DNA from: Amphiscolops sp. MND2022
Taxonomy: Eukaryota
Length of the DNA: 64,000 nt
NCBI GenBank assembly: GCA_964187785.1
Contig: OZ076409.1
Span: 2,792,001 to 2,856,000, forward strand
Direction of reading: 5' to 3'
Below the pieces are notes generated by a model that was given only the letters and a program-made list of their open reading frames with translations, had not been told where the DNA came from and did not search any database. Both the position numbers and the translations under genes were made by a program. Shown in pieces: positions 48,538 to 60,917 of the stretch; positions within the stretch are counted from its first letter, which is position 1; each line of letters begins with the position of its first letter.

Positions 48538-50581
48538 TGTAGAAATTTTTAGATAGCAAGGGCGGAGAGAAATTCCCAAGGATCTAACTCTATCAGAAAA
48601 AGGGTTTTTGGTGAGTAAGTTTCGGTTTTTCTATCGTGTATAATTCTCTTCATAAGTTCTCTCCGTGCTCAAGTTCGGCTCTCATCGATTGATAAAGAAA
48701 AGGGGAAACGCTCAATAATCCAATTTCTTTAATATTAGTAACAAAACCGTCTCTTCAAGAATTATCAAATCAATATAACAAAACAAGCTAAGACTGAGAT
48801 CCACGATTCAGTCAACTGCAGACACAAGTCCCGTACTTGTAGAATCTCTGTCGTTAGAACAACTACTGTCGAACGAGTTCTCTGGCTTAGCCAAGTCTCT
48901 TGCCTTCGTTTAAGGCTCAACTTGCTGATAGCTCTCTAACTCGGTTCTCGAGAAGCGCGAGTGTTAATCCGAAGAAGTATCTTGTCTCCGCGAGACTCAA
49001 CTTGCTCCCAGCTTTCTAACTCGGTTCTGCCTATTCAATTATATTCCAAATCCGCCTCAACTATATTTGTTTATTGCACGTGTTTCTGATCATCTCACCT
49101 TAACATTCTATCACATTGACATTTTCGTTACATACAGGGCGTCGGCGTCTTGAATTTGCATGTGTTTACCTTCATGTTTACTATTCTTTTTATGGCATGG
49201 TGAACGCTTCTAATTATACTTCGGCTAAACATTCTTTGCCACCAACGTCAAGTAATTCACATCTTGTTCGAAGTCCACATTTCAATAATAATTTAAGTCA
49301 CCCGAGATAATTTTAACATCGAAGAAATTGCTCAATGACCTTCAACTACATGGTTTACATGCTTTCTACACGTACGAGGTACTTTTCTATCATCCTTTTG
49401 GGCGCAATGCATCGCGAATCGTTCCGCCTGACTGAAATGCATAAATTATCACGCAAAGACACTGATTTACATGTTTTATTGTATGTTTTCCTATATGTTC
49501 CGGGGTTGCATCTAAGATGACCTTGGGGTCCATCTGTGACCTTGAAGTTAATTGCCCTCATCTAATGTCACTACATGCCAAGTTATATCGTCCTAGGGTC
49601 AATGGTTACCGAGTTACACGCTATGCGTATCGTTTGTTTACTTAAGGCGGCTACCCCCGCATGGGTTATAAATACGGTTTCGTTCACGTTATAAATCGAC
49701 TACATTCATCATTCCGGTTCGTTTGAGGTATTACAAGCCACGGTCAATGTCCTTTATCGGTCGGGCCCGCGCGTCCGGTCCCGCGCGCCTTAAACAAACA
49801 TTACTCCGCGCGTGGTGGACCGATCAATGTATCTTTCATGTATATTACTTAGGGTCGCTATGTGAACATATTGGGTAAGTTTCATGATCGTCGGGCCATC
49901 CGGTGGCTATTTACATAACATTCGGGGTTTATTTACTTAGGGTCCGTGCTCCTCCTACGCGCGTCATAGGGTTCCGAAAATATGCGCAAAGGGCTTAGTA
50001 TCGTGTGGGCTATCAATTCTATATATAATACGACTTATTCCGTGCTTGGCCGATGAGTTCATAGGGGGGTCGACCTAGGTCACTTCCGGTGCTAATAGCC
50101 CGGGACTGGGGGGTCTCGGCTCGGTTCTCTTTTTATAGGCGTGTGGCATAACAGCTCAATTATCCGTGTGCCAAATTTCAGGTCTCTACAATAAATAGTC
50201 TTTGAGAAAAACTTGACTGGGGGGGGGGGTTTTCGATTTAGTGACGATTGATTTTTCATGGTGTATCTTAGAATATTTTTCCCTCGAAAGTGGGACTTAG
50301 TAAAATTCGCTCTCAGAGATTAATTTCGACTTAGCCGATTCGAATCATTTCATCGCTGACGTCACTCGCTAGCTCGTTAATTTTGCCTAAGAAGTTTCGT
50401 TTACTAAGTAAACCTAGTTTGCCAAATAAGCCATATCGAAGCACTCTATTGTCAGCCTTTTCAGCTGTTTTCACTGTTCCCACGGTCTAAAAACGAGATT
50501 AACATAGTTCCATCTATGTTTTAGGCTTCGCGCAAAAAGGGATGGGATCTTTCTAAAACACCAAAATCTAAAATTTCCACA
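48538..50581 (-). repeat. 5' LTR of element 2
   Basis: Followed on the minus strand by the same TGGCGCTCCTGGGTGGGCT PBS. Confidence 0.95.
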
Positions 50582-51372
50582 ATTAGAAAGGAATTAATTG
50601 GCAATTGAATTGGGGACAAATTGCCGCTCTTTGAAATTTGGGACGATTTGTCGCTTGGAACAAATCCCGCTTGGGACGAATTATCGCTTTTCAATTTTTT
50701 CGAAGTCAGCTAGAATTTTAAGCAATGTGATTTTTATTTATAATACACTCTTTACATTAAAAATGAAAAAGATAAAAAATGGAAAATTCTGAGACCCTCA
50801 GTTCTGCGAAATGAGGTTAGGGGTCGGTATTTTTTTCCGAAATAATTTGCGGCATCTTCATTAACTTTCTCTTTTCGAAAAAGCGGGAGAAATCAATAAC
50901 TAATTACCCCTTTAATTTTGTATAAATTTCGATCCAACTAAGATTCTGTTCAAAAGTATCTTAAGGTTGAAATCTGCACATTTCCGAAATCCATGAACCC
51001 CCTGGCAAACAACTTGGCCTATTATGTAATAGCGCGGCACTATTACGCAACCTTTAAATCTCTCGAGAATTCGGTCGCTGTCCTAAAGACATTTGCGAGG
51101 TATCATAAGTAATTGCATCTTGCTTGCTATTGTCTTGTTAAGACTAGCCCAAGTTACATAACAATGGCGACTTAATGAACCATGTGTGCGTTTCATCATC
51201 ATTAAAAATTCCCCATTTCTCAACATTTTACAATTTAGAAAATCATGCTTACGAATTAATGTTGGCATTTCGTAAACAATCAAACGGACCAATGCAAAGC
51301 TAGAGAGCAGTTGTGTGTGCAGTGAGCGTTGTTTCAAATTATTACGTAATAAGAGTTGAACTTTTTTTGAAC

Positions 51373-52197
51373 ATGGCCTCTTTCGAAATCAAAAGCGCCA
51401 TAGAAGCAATTGAGAATGCCGATTTAAAGCAAATTCTTACTGAAATCGTTACTAATCTTACCATCAAAGACGAGAAAATTAAATCACTGGAAAACAAGGT
51501 AGCTGATTTGGAGGCACGTGTGGACGAATGTGAAATCTATTCATCAAAAGACTGTATTATAATGGAGAATTTACCAATAAAAAACTTCAACAATGGTAAT
51601 GTACCCCCTCTCAGTCATCAGGTATGCGACTTTTTGAAATCCTATATCAATTATGAGACCCATCCCAGTAGTTTTAAAGCTTGCCATCCTCTTGGGCCCT
51701 GGAAAAATGAAAAACATGCACCAGCAATTATTGTCAAGTTCGTGTACTTTGGAGAAAAAAATGAGATTTATGGCCGTAAATCTTGGTTATCAAGGTCATC
51801 AAACCCTCTTAATGGTCAAGCTATGTACTTCAAAGAGAGGCTCCCACCCAAACAGCGTGGAATCAAAAACAAAGCCGAAGAAGAAGGGTTGATAACAACT
51901 ACATACAATTGCCAAGTAAAAGCTTTTACCAGAAGTTTCGATGGAAGATACAAAAGCGTCAAGTTGAATTCTGTGAAAGCGGTACATGATATCAAAGACA
52001 TAGCTGTTAAAAAAGTCAAGCCATCTCAAAAGCAGCATGAAAAAATTGCAATGACGCCTGAACCATCCAAACTCGTGGAAAATCAAATGAAATCTTTATT
52101 GAAACGAATACGGTCGTCACCAGATGAGGAGGGCCTGCAATCCTTGAAAAACTTCTGTCGCGATAATGACATCAATGGACGAGGGACTGTAAATTGA
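51373..52197 (+). CDS. LINE ORF1p (coiled coil plus RRM-like)
   Basis: IKSLENKVADLEARVDECE coiled coil, then IIMENLP / ACHPLG / AIIVKFV / YFKERLP motifs. Confidence 0.8.
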   Translation: MASFEIKSAIEAIENADLKQILTEIVTNLTIKDEKIKSLENKVADLEARVDECEIYSSKDCIIMENLPIKNFNNGNVPPLSHQVCDFLKSYINYETHPSSFKACHPLGPWKNEKHAPAIIVKFVYFGEKNEIYGRKSWLSRSSNPLNGQAMYFKERLPPKQRGIKNKAEEEGLITTTYNCQVKAFTRSFDGRYKSVKLNSVKAVHDIKDIAVKKVKPSQKQHEKIAMTPEPSKLVENQMKSLLKRIRSSPDEEGLQSLKNFCRDNDINGRGTVN

Positions 52198-52368
52198 TGA
52201 ACTTGCAGTCAAATTTCTGAAAAGTTTCAAAAATGATAATGGACAAATAGTTTGAAACCTAAACCTCACTACACTTAAAACATAAACTTCCTAAAGTTTG
52301 ACTGCAAATACTTCCTTAATTCTCTGAACTTTGCGTTTTTCTTCAGTTTTTGTCAGCTTGCAATAAGG

Positions 52369-55207
52369 ATGGAATCTGTGGAAACTTTTAAAACCTCAGA
52401 CATTTTTTACATGAACATACGTTCACTTAGGTGCCATCATGACCAGTTAATTACTACTTTTGATGATTTTGAAGTAAAACCTGTGTTGATTTGCCTTTGT
52501 GAAACTTGGTTGACAGAAAATGACCCTATTGACCTTTATTGGCTCGACGACTACTCTGAAATTGAAACATCAAATAGACTGAACAAACTTGGTGGCGGTT
52601 TAGCTTTCTACGCGAGAGAAGACGTGAATTACACTACAACCAAATGTAAATCTAATATTGAACACGTAATTGTCACAATCCATCGGGACGCTTTAGGTCC
52701 GCTAAATGTCTGCCTGATTTAAAGACCACCAGATGCTAAAGCTGTCTTTTTTGATGAAATGGATTGTCTTCTAACTGATTTGTTTGAAATGAAAGGAGAT
52801 TCCATACTCGTAGGAGACTTCAATATTGATGTTCTTGATAATCTAGACTATAAAACCAAAAAACTAGAAATTTGTTTGGAAGCATTCGGACTATCTGTGC
52901 AGAATGAAGAGCCTACTCGAGAGACTCTGTCAACTTCGAAATGCATTGACCTCTGCATATCAACTAAAGAAATAAAAGTTGAAACTCTCAAATACAAAAT
53001 CAGTGACCACTATGCATTGAGATTTCCTATTTTATATGACACAAATCATTGCAACGATAATGATGTTATTCAGTTTCGTAATTTTTCCGGCTTTTCTAAA
53101 GAAGATCATCATTTGAAATTTTTGTTCTACATAGATCAAGCACTTCGTAAATGTCAGTGTGACACAGTTGAAAGCAAATTAGAGTACCTCAGCGGTGTTC
53201 TGAATTCAGCTTCCGAGAAGTATGCTCCACACAAAACTTTTGATGCTACGAAGAAAAGATCAAATTGGGTAACAAACCATATCAAATCTTTGATTCATAA
53301 ACGTGATAAAGCGCATGCCTCTTACGTTAAAGAGGCTAGCAAAAAGAACGAGTTAGTTTACAAGAAACTCCGTAACTCGGTCACCAGTGAAATTCGGAAA
53401 GCTAAACGATCCTATTATGACAAAAAAATCAAAAACGTGTGCAATTCAAAAGAATTATTCAACTGTTTTAACCATTTTTGTGGGAAAGAAACCAAGAAAC
53501 AAAGAGAAGTAGACGTTGAGAAATTTAATGATTTTTTTGTAAGTATTGGAAAAAAACTTGCAAATGAGTGTAGTGAATCCTTACCCAATGTTGACTTCGA
53601 CGCGGACGGACCTGTTCAAACTTTCGCTCTCTTCGAGACAGATGCATCTGAAGTTTACAGTATAATCAAACACCTAAAGAACAAAATTTCTTCTGGTCAT
53701 GATGGCATCTCTAATAAACTTTTGAGGCTTGCTGCATCTTCAATTAGTCAATTTTTAGCCAATATTTTCAATGAGTGTATAAATGATTCAAAGTTTCCTA
53801 AGTCTATGAAAATTGCGAAAGTTCTTCCGCTTTTAAAGAAAGGTGATTTTTCCCTACCGGATAATTATCGCCCTATTAGTCTTTTGACTTCGCTGAGCAA
53901 AATTTTTGAAAAACTCATTCACAAACGTATAACAAAATTTTTGGCGAAGCATAAACTACTAACTCCCAAACAATTCGGTTTTAGAGAAAATTTCTTGTGC
54001 ACATGCAATTGCAGAAATCACTGAATTTATGAGAAAAACAATTGACAAAAAACACTATGGCTTGGCAGCTTTCATTGATTTAAAAAAAGCCTTTGATACC
54101 GTTGATCACAATCTTCTTATTAAAAAACTGAATAGCTTTGGACTACGCGGTCAAATTGAAAATTTGCTCAGAGATTACTTATCTGACAGAGAACAATTCG
54201 TATTTTCGGGTAATCAAAAGTCTTCATCGAGGAGCATTGATTGTGGAGTTCCACAAGGTTCAATCTTGGGCCCACTCTTGTTTTTGATATACATAAATGA
54301 TTTGCCTGAAACATGTAAGAATTCAAGCATGGTTCTATTTGCTGATGATACCGCAATTGTAACTTCTAAAAGCTGTAGAAATGTAACAAAAGATGTAGAA
54401 TTGGATCTAAAAAGCATGAATCAATGGTTTTCGGTTAACAAAATGACTGTCAACGTATCTAAGTGTACAATTTTACCCTTTGGAAAAACAATAACCGCAA
54501 CGGAAATTGACGAACTTGAGGGTTTAGCAGGCGAAATAGACATTGTAGATAAATTGAAGTACCTAGGCGTTAGTATCGACAAAAGATTGAATTTTCATAG
54601 CCATATAGCGAGTATCCAGAAAAGATTAGCTAAATTTAATGGTTTGGTCTACAAGGCACGTTATTGTTTTTCCCGGAAAGCTCTCTTAAGGTTTTATCAA
54701 GCATATGCAAAACCAATTATACTGTACGGTTTGCTCATATACGGCGGTACAAGACATTCAGTGCTGAATGAGATTCTATTAATGCAAAAACGAATTATAC
54801 GAACAATTTTCTTCAGAAAACGTAGCGATACAGTGTCTGACTTGTTTATGAAACATAAAATAGAAACAGTTTTTGAACTTTACGTTGAAGAAATATTCAA
54901 AGAGACTCTATTTCAAATTTATGGTTTTTCGACAATTAGATCATTGGATCTTCAAAATCAAGCTTTCCTACGGACAACTCGATCTCAAATTGCTGGACTA
55001 ATTCGACCCCATTTTTCGCGAACTGTTACAGCCAAAAACTCATTAGCCGGGAGAGTTACAAAATGTTACAACTTTTTAATGAAAAACGATCTATTGCCTA
55101 GTTTCGGAAACAATATTGACAAAATAATGTTAAAAAAGTTCATAATGAATTTCAAAGAACTGTACATCCTTGACAGTGAAACAACTTTTAACCTCATTTT
55201 TGGTTAA
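52369..55207 (+). pseudogene. LINE ORF2 (AP endonuclease plus reverse transcriptase) with one stop and one frameshift
   Basis: NIRSL, LCETWL, GDFNID, SDHY, YRPISLL, QFGFR, FIDLKKAFDTV, GVPQGSILGP, FADDT; TAA at 52720 replaces the Tyr of YRPP; 1-bp loss near 53993. Confidence 0.93.
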
Positions 55208-55821
55208 AGTTCCAGAATTCCTAGTATATTCCTTTATTGGAGCTGACAACTCTTTTTTTGTTTTTGGGGGCGTATACCCTAGAGCTGTAAAGCTCCTTTC
55301 TGCGTCCCGGTCAGATATGTGTTCCTCATATGAATAAATATAAATTGTTTTGTGTTTTTAGTTCATACCATATTTATCTGACCAAATCAATTCAAATATT
55401 CAAATCATCGCATGTAAAAGTAATTTATGTGCGCAGAAATTGATACAAACTGATTGTTAATAATAAGTTGGATGCTGAAAAATGAAGTCTGGACAAAATT
55501 CTTTGAGACTTTGGATTACATTAATTTTTCATTTTCGGTTTTGATAAATTCATGCATCAAATATTCAATTTGTTGAACCTAAGTTCGAATCTTAAAAAAA
55601 TCATTGATAAATGGTTTCTATGTATAGAATGAATATCCTTTGAAGTACAACTATTTTCTAATTCCCTCTTTTGGTGTAACCCAAGCAAAATTTTTGGGAA
55701 TGCTGGGGTCACCAATCTAGGGCTAATGTTACCTTGGGATTATCCGCCAGTATTTTAAAAAATGAGAATTGTAAATTAATCTTTCGGTCAACGTTTTTTC
55801 TACTAATTTTGCTTCAAACTC

Positions 55822-56137
55822 TTTTCAGTCGGCGCTTCATAAAGTGAAACGCGACTTTTATAGTGACTTTTTTTCAATCCACACGAACTGACCAAAATAG
55901 TTCTCCAAAGTTCTACGTAATTTTGTGGTCCCAAATTGAACCATTTGGCCTAGCGAACTGAATCAAAAAGGTTTTTCCTCTTTTTCTGCGTAACATGCAA
56001 TACCGGGAGAGACTAAAGGGTCCCCCTTTCAGTTTTTTTTCGGCATTGTGAGACTTTTTTGAGAAAATTTTTCAGAGGGTCCCTTCTTCAATTTTTTGAT
56101 ATTTTGCAACAATGGATGGTAAAAAATGCGAAAGGGT
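55822..56137 (+). mobile_element. HINE-like repeat, 5' portion
   Basis: TTTCAGTCGGCGCTT...GAACTGACCAAAATAGTTCT...AAAGGGTCCCCCTTTCAG, colinear with 990-1300. Confidence 0.6.
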
Positions 56138-56676
56138 GTAATGCGTGACAAGTGTAAATCTTCCCAAGACTTATTCACGTTCTGATTGGACAAAAATCCA
56201 ACTAGCAAAATCCTGCTAGTTTGTTTCCGGGATGTGTCTCGTAACGTTTATGCGTTTTCAGTGACGGCCTACTGTGTTACTAGAGTGGACCAGAAACTTG
56301 GCGAAGAGTTGCTCAGTTATTGAGAAATACAAATTTTTTGAAATGTTTTTCTCTCGAAATTTTCTTTTTTTTCAGTTACTTTTTTGCCGGTGGCTCGGAA
56401 AAAAACTATATTTACACAAATAACAATTCACCACAGTTAGTCCAAAAGATTGTCAAAAAGAAAGATGAAGGTTCATTTTTCTCTGTTTTTTTTTGTGTTT
56501 CGTAATATCTTATTGAATGCACTGGAGGACGAAATAACTGTCGAGGTTATACAGAAGTAATGAAAAACGTATTAGGAACCCTCCAAACCTCCTAGCTTGC
56601 CTGTTTTTAGATGTAGATGACATTTTTATGAAAAAAATGATTTTTTTTTCGGTTTCGTCAGTTTAGTTGAACGAAC

Positions 56677-56899
56677 CATTGCTGAGAGAGTAGCGAATAA
56701 CGCCGTTCTCGTCTGAGTCAGCGTCGGTGGCCAGTACATTGCCGATGAGACCGACATAGTTCTCGGTTACTTGGAAGGAGTATTGGGTGTTTTCGAACTC
56801 TGGAGGATTGTCGTTTAGGTCGACTACCTCTATGATGACAGTACCGTATGCAACCAGACTGTCCGGAAGTGCCGGTCGAAATGCTGCCGAAACGAGAAG
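56677..56899 (-). CDS. PCDH15: PCDH15-like exon B (EC7/EC8: ...DLNDNPPEF...ATDADSDENG...YSLSN)
   Basis: Acceptor TTTTCCAG|CTT, donor AATG|GTTCGT; 223 nt, phase 0-1; DxNDNxP and AxDxD Ca-binding motifs. Confidence 0.92.
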
Positions 56900-57088
56900 C
56901 TGGAAAAGAAACAAACATATGTCTTAGCACAAAAAATATATATTTCTTTTTCATGTGAAATAATATTTAGAAATAATATTAGTTCGGAAACTAAGCTTTT
57001 TTATCAATTTTGTAGATTGAGGAATAAAAATTTGAATATTTATTGCATTTACTGACAAAACTTTGAAAATCTCTGAATGAAATATTCA

Positions 57089-57777
57089 CCCAGTGTTCGA
57101 AACCATGGCATCCTTGCCAAGATCCATGGCAAGTTCCTTGGTAGCCTTGCCAAGATCTTGCCATGATCTTGGCAAGGATGCCATGGCCATGCAAGATCGT
57201 GCAAAGGCTAACCATGATCTTGGCAAGGATGCCATGATTAACCGTGTTCTTGCCAAGGGTTCCATGGTAGCAAATCCGTTTTTTTCTCAGTATTCGAAAC
57301 CAATGAAAAACAAAAGACATCATTGATTGAACAGCCATTCAGCATGAAAACCTGAGTAATACTTCAGATCTTATTCCTGTTCTAAAAGTTTAGATTTCCC
57401 CTTTTTTGACTTTAGATCTTATTCCCCTCCAATTAAAGAAACAGTGAATTCCAACGGAGAGCAGGAATAACGTTATTCGTTTAGACGTTATTCCCGGAAC
57501 ACGTTATTTTAGGTGTTATTCCTCTAGACGTTATTCGCGCCCCTTAAATTTCAACTAGGACACGGACAATAACTGAAAATGGTTCAATCGAATTTTTGAC
57601 ATGATATCCTGGTATATAAGACAAACCATGGTTATCTTGTCAAGTACTTGCCATGATCTTGACAAGCGTTCCATGTATCATGATTAGCCATGATCTTGAC
57701 AAGGGTACCATGGTTAACCATGATTTAGCAAGATTAACCATGATCATGGCAAGCGTTCCATGGCTTCGAACACTGGG
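57089..57777. mobile_element. CMC/EnSpm-like MITE (TSD CA)
   Basis: TIR CCCAGTGTTCGAAACCATGG / CCATGGCTTCGAACACTGGG; subterminal CCATGATCTTG(G/A)CAAG repeats. Confidence 0.8.
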
Positions 57778-58751
57778 CAGTCAGGGCAATGCAAATAGTT
57801 TTGAATCCCGAATGGAATACTGATATAATACTCATGAATTCAATTATCGTATAATCAACCCCTGTGAACTGTTTTCACGGACCATTCATTCCCTCCCCGC
57901 AGCACGAAAACAACTTTTACATTTGAAAAACTTCTTCGGCAAATGAAAAAAATTGATATGTTTATAAATTCTCTTTAGACTTGTTTCGACGCTTGCAGCA
58001 AAATTATCCGGACTTTTTGATTTTCGTTCTGACAAAAAAGCAAAAATTTACCCCTGTAACAAGCAAAAATTATATATAGGTGGTGTAATAAGGAAAATGG
58101 TTTGTTTTGAATTCTAGAGTTTATGAAAGAGAAACTTCAAAACAGTAAACTTTCAAAAAGAAATCAAAAGATCAAATGACGGACCATGTAATTTATTCCC
58201 CCCCCCAGGTACACCTTGTTGGGAATTCCCCCCCCCCAACACGAAAGCACATTTTGTTGTTGAATAAAAATATTTCACTAATATGAGAATATTATATGAA
58301 TGTATATACTGAGAGGACTGTTTCTACAACTGTTTAGACACTTCAGGTAAAAAAAATACCCTAATTTTTCGATATTATTGTCCAAAAAAGCAGAAATTCA
58401 CCTTTGGAACAAGCTAAAATCGTATAAAATGGCCCCTATTTCAGCTCAAATTTTGTCCCCTATAAAATCTAATGAGCAAGTTTTAACTGACAGTCAATGT
58501 AATGGATAGGATTATGTCGACATCGATAATTTTATTGGACCAAAGTTTCAACGCAAATGATGTCGATATAATGGTAGTTGAAACTTCTGTCTTATTCCCC
58601 CCGCCGCCGTTTGGGGGGGGGATAGATGACATAGTCCCAAATGACTTGTTTTTCCACGCTTACGTTCACTTCAGTTCAGTGTTGGTAAAAAATTCAGTTC
58701 TGTCAAAAATGTTCGGAGTAACCGTCTCATTAAACAAAATACTGAACTAAC

Positions 58752-58940
58752 TCTGAATTCGTTCACCATTGTTTCGTAATCCAGTTTTTGAGCCACTGAA
58801 ATGTCTCCGTTCTCGGAATCTAGAGAGAAATACTGTTGGTCAACGAGCCCATTAGACGAGACAATCGAGTAAGTGAACAAGTCCGTCTCCGTTTCTGATT
58901 GGGCCACGACTCGACCAATTACGTCACCGACTTTCGCATT
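58752..58940 (-). CDS. PCDH15: Protocadherin-15/Cad99C-like cadherin, exon A (part of EC7: NAKVGDVIG...LDYETMVNEFR)
   Basis: Acceptor CATGCAG|AAT, donor AGA|GTTAGT; 189 nt, phase 0-0; cadherin LDYE motif. Upstream exons lie beyond the window. Confidence 0.9.
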
Positions 58941-59304
58941 CTGCATGAAACAAGTTTCAAAGTTTGAAAAAATCATTTATCAATTCTATAATTTGCTCAA
59001 CTCGTGATGAAAAAAAAGTTTTTAAAAGTCATTTCAAAAAAGGATGCTTTCTGTCTCTACATAAAATTTTGTTTGAAATTTTTAATTGTTCAGTTCATGT
59101 TAGATCTTCGAAATTCCGAAGTTACTTCAGATCAAAACTTACTTTTCCAAAAGTTTTTGGTAGTTTTGGTGAGATGTTTTACCCTGCAGAGTATTTTGTA
59201 TCCACTCGTAATTTTAGAGAATCAGAGAACATAGTTTTAATTCCGAGCAGCTGACAGGCGTTTAGCAGGAGGTTATATATGAACTTGCAATTGATCACTA
59301 TTGT

Positions 59305-59916
59305 TGTAAGAGCCACGTCCCGTGGTGTCTCTCAGATCACCTACGGACCGTGAGTCCTTTTTCAATATCTTAGTTCTTAAGCCAGATGAGTCATTCCTAT
59401 CCTCCTGACTACTAGGGGACGTACTGGCCTCAGTGTCCCTGTTCCCTGAAGACGACATTGAACTCACAATGTTTTGTATTTCTGGTAACACCTTCTCTGT
59501 TATTGCGGTACTGACTGCTCTATTTATTTGGCTATGTACCATGGCCATCATAGAATCCATTTCTTGAGACAACCTAAGATTAAATTCATTTGAAAAGGTT
59601 TCAAAGGATTGTCTTATGTCATATCCATTTCTTGAGACAACCTAAGATTAAATTCATTTGAAAAGGTTTCAAAGGATTGTCTTATGTCATATCGACCATG
59701 AGGCTCATTTCCTTGAATGAAATCTCCAAGATCGTTTCTTGAGTGACTACCAATTCCTATATCACCATGAATGGAAGATTGGTCTATTACATCTGCTAAC
59801 TCTCTTTCCAAAGGATTTTCACTCCCTATCATCACGTCTAAATTATCCATATCGGACAACATGTCCATCTCTTTGGATTTTCTAGCTTTCGCTTTCTGTC
59901 TTCTTGTGGAAGGCAT
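59305..59916 (-). pseudogene. Gag-like N-terminal ORF embedded in the LTR (MPSTRRQKAKARKS...), frameshifted by a 68-bp tandem duplication
   Basis: The two track ORFs (59614-59916, 59273-59572) join once the duplication 59555-59622/59623-59690 is removed; the frame runs off the ...TACA terminus. Confidence 0.55.
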
Positions 59917-60917
59917 AAGAGTTTATTGCAAGAGGTAAGAATTTAAATTAAGTTCTCAGGCTTGCAAACAGAGTATGTTGAAACGATTTTAACAAATTTG
60001 AGTATTACGGTATCAAGGAAATTGAAAAAGTCCTTGGGACCTAGGGTCCACGGTATATATACTCAGGTTTACATGACTTGCAAAATAATGAGGGTCACGT
60101 TCTAAAAATAGCCTTCACAACTATCTAAAAATAGCACCTACTATTTATAGCCATGAAGGCGGCATGACGAAAGGGTCACTTCAAAAGGGGTGATTTTATT
60201 CAAGCGCCTTCAACAATTCCATATATAGAAGGATTGTAGGTCCAAGCATCCCTCAAGGCCTTTCGTATGTAAGGTTAAGCAACATTTCATGCAATTGCAT
60301 TTGATCAACTATAATTTACATGTACCAACTCATTAATCTAAGTATTCATGTAAATTATTAATATCTAGCATCAAATGGTACAAATGGTTCAGTAATCTTC
60401 ATCAAAACGAGTATTTATTAGAAACACCAATCATAGCCTTTATTTACCACTGTAAATTGCACTTTACTTCAATTTGGACTCAGTGTCCATTTACCGTAAA
60501 TAGGCAGCAAATTACTGCTAGCTGACGGCGCGTGGCCTTTGAGTCCTTTAATTTAGAGTACTGCGCACAGTGAATGAAATGAATGGCGTGTTCTGATTGG
60601 CTAAGAATTTGAACGGACTGCGTGTCCAGCGAGACAGGAAAGGAAACATTTGAACTCGTTTCCTTTGCCTGTACGCCTTGGTGTCCAATTTCTTAGCTAA
60701 TACATTTAAACATACATTATTTACATGCATCAATATATCAAAATCAACTTCAAAGTTTTCAAATAACCAAATGGTATTTCCGATTACTAATTTGCACAAG
60801 ATTATATATATAAGGCTGTCAAAACTGAAAACAGAATAACAGACATGCCATAAAATATTACAAATTCAGTTTGAAGTTTTTGTCCCGTCATGACAATGGG
60901 ACGCATGGTCCTTTCTT

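Larger units (their letters stand above)
42471..50581 (-). mobile_element. LTR element 2: second pol-less gag-only element of the same family, 8111 bp, inverted relative to element 1
   Basis: LTRs 48538-50581 and 42471-44514, near identical; TSD ATTAG (42466-42470 / 50582-50586); PBS 48518-48536; PPT 44515-44526. Confidence 0.95.
51300..55407 (+). mobile_element. Near full-length LINE of the CR1/L2 group (L2/Crack/Daphne-like); 5' boundary approximate
   Basis: ORF1 plus APE-RT ORF2; 3' UTR with GGTCAGAT...ATCTGACC inverted repeat and a short TCAA-type tail. Confidence 0.9.

Noticed and set aside
33310..50581. Single inverted duplication or assembly artefact
   Set aside because: Each element has its own TSD, its own LTR variants shared by both of its LTRs, and a different gag.
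57100..57770. CRISPR-like or satellite array of CCATGATCTTGGCAAG units
   Set aside because: No unique spacers or cas genes; these are subterminal repeats of a MITE in eukaryotic DNA.
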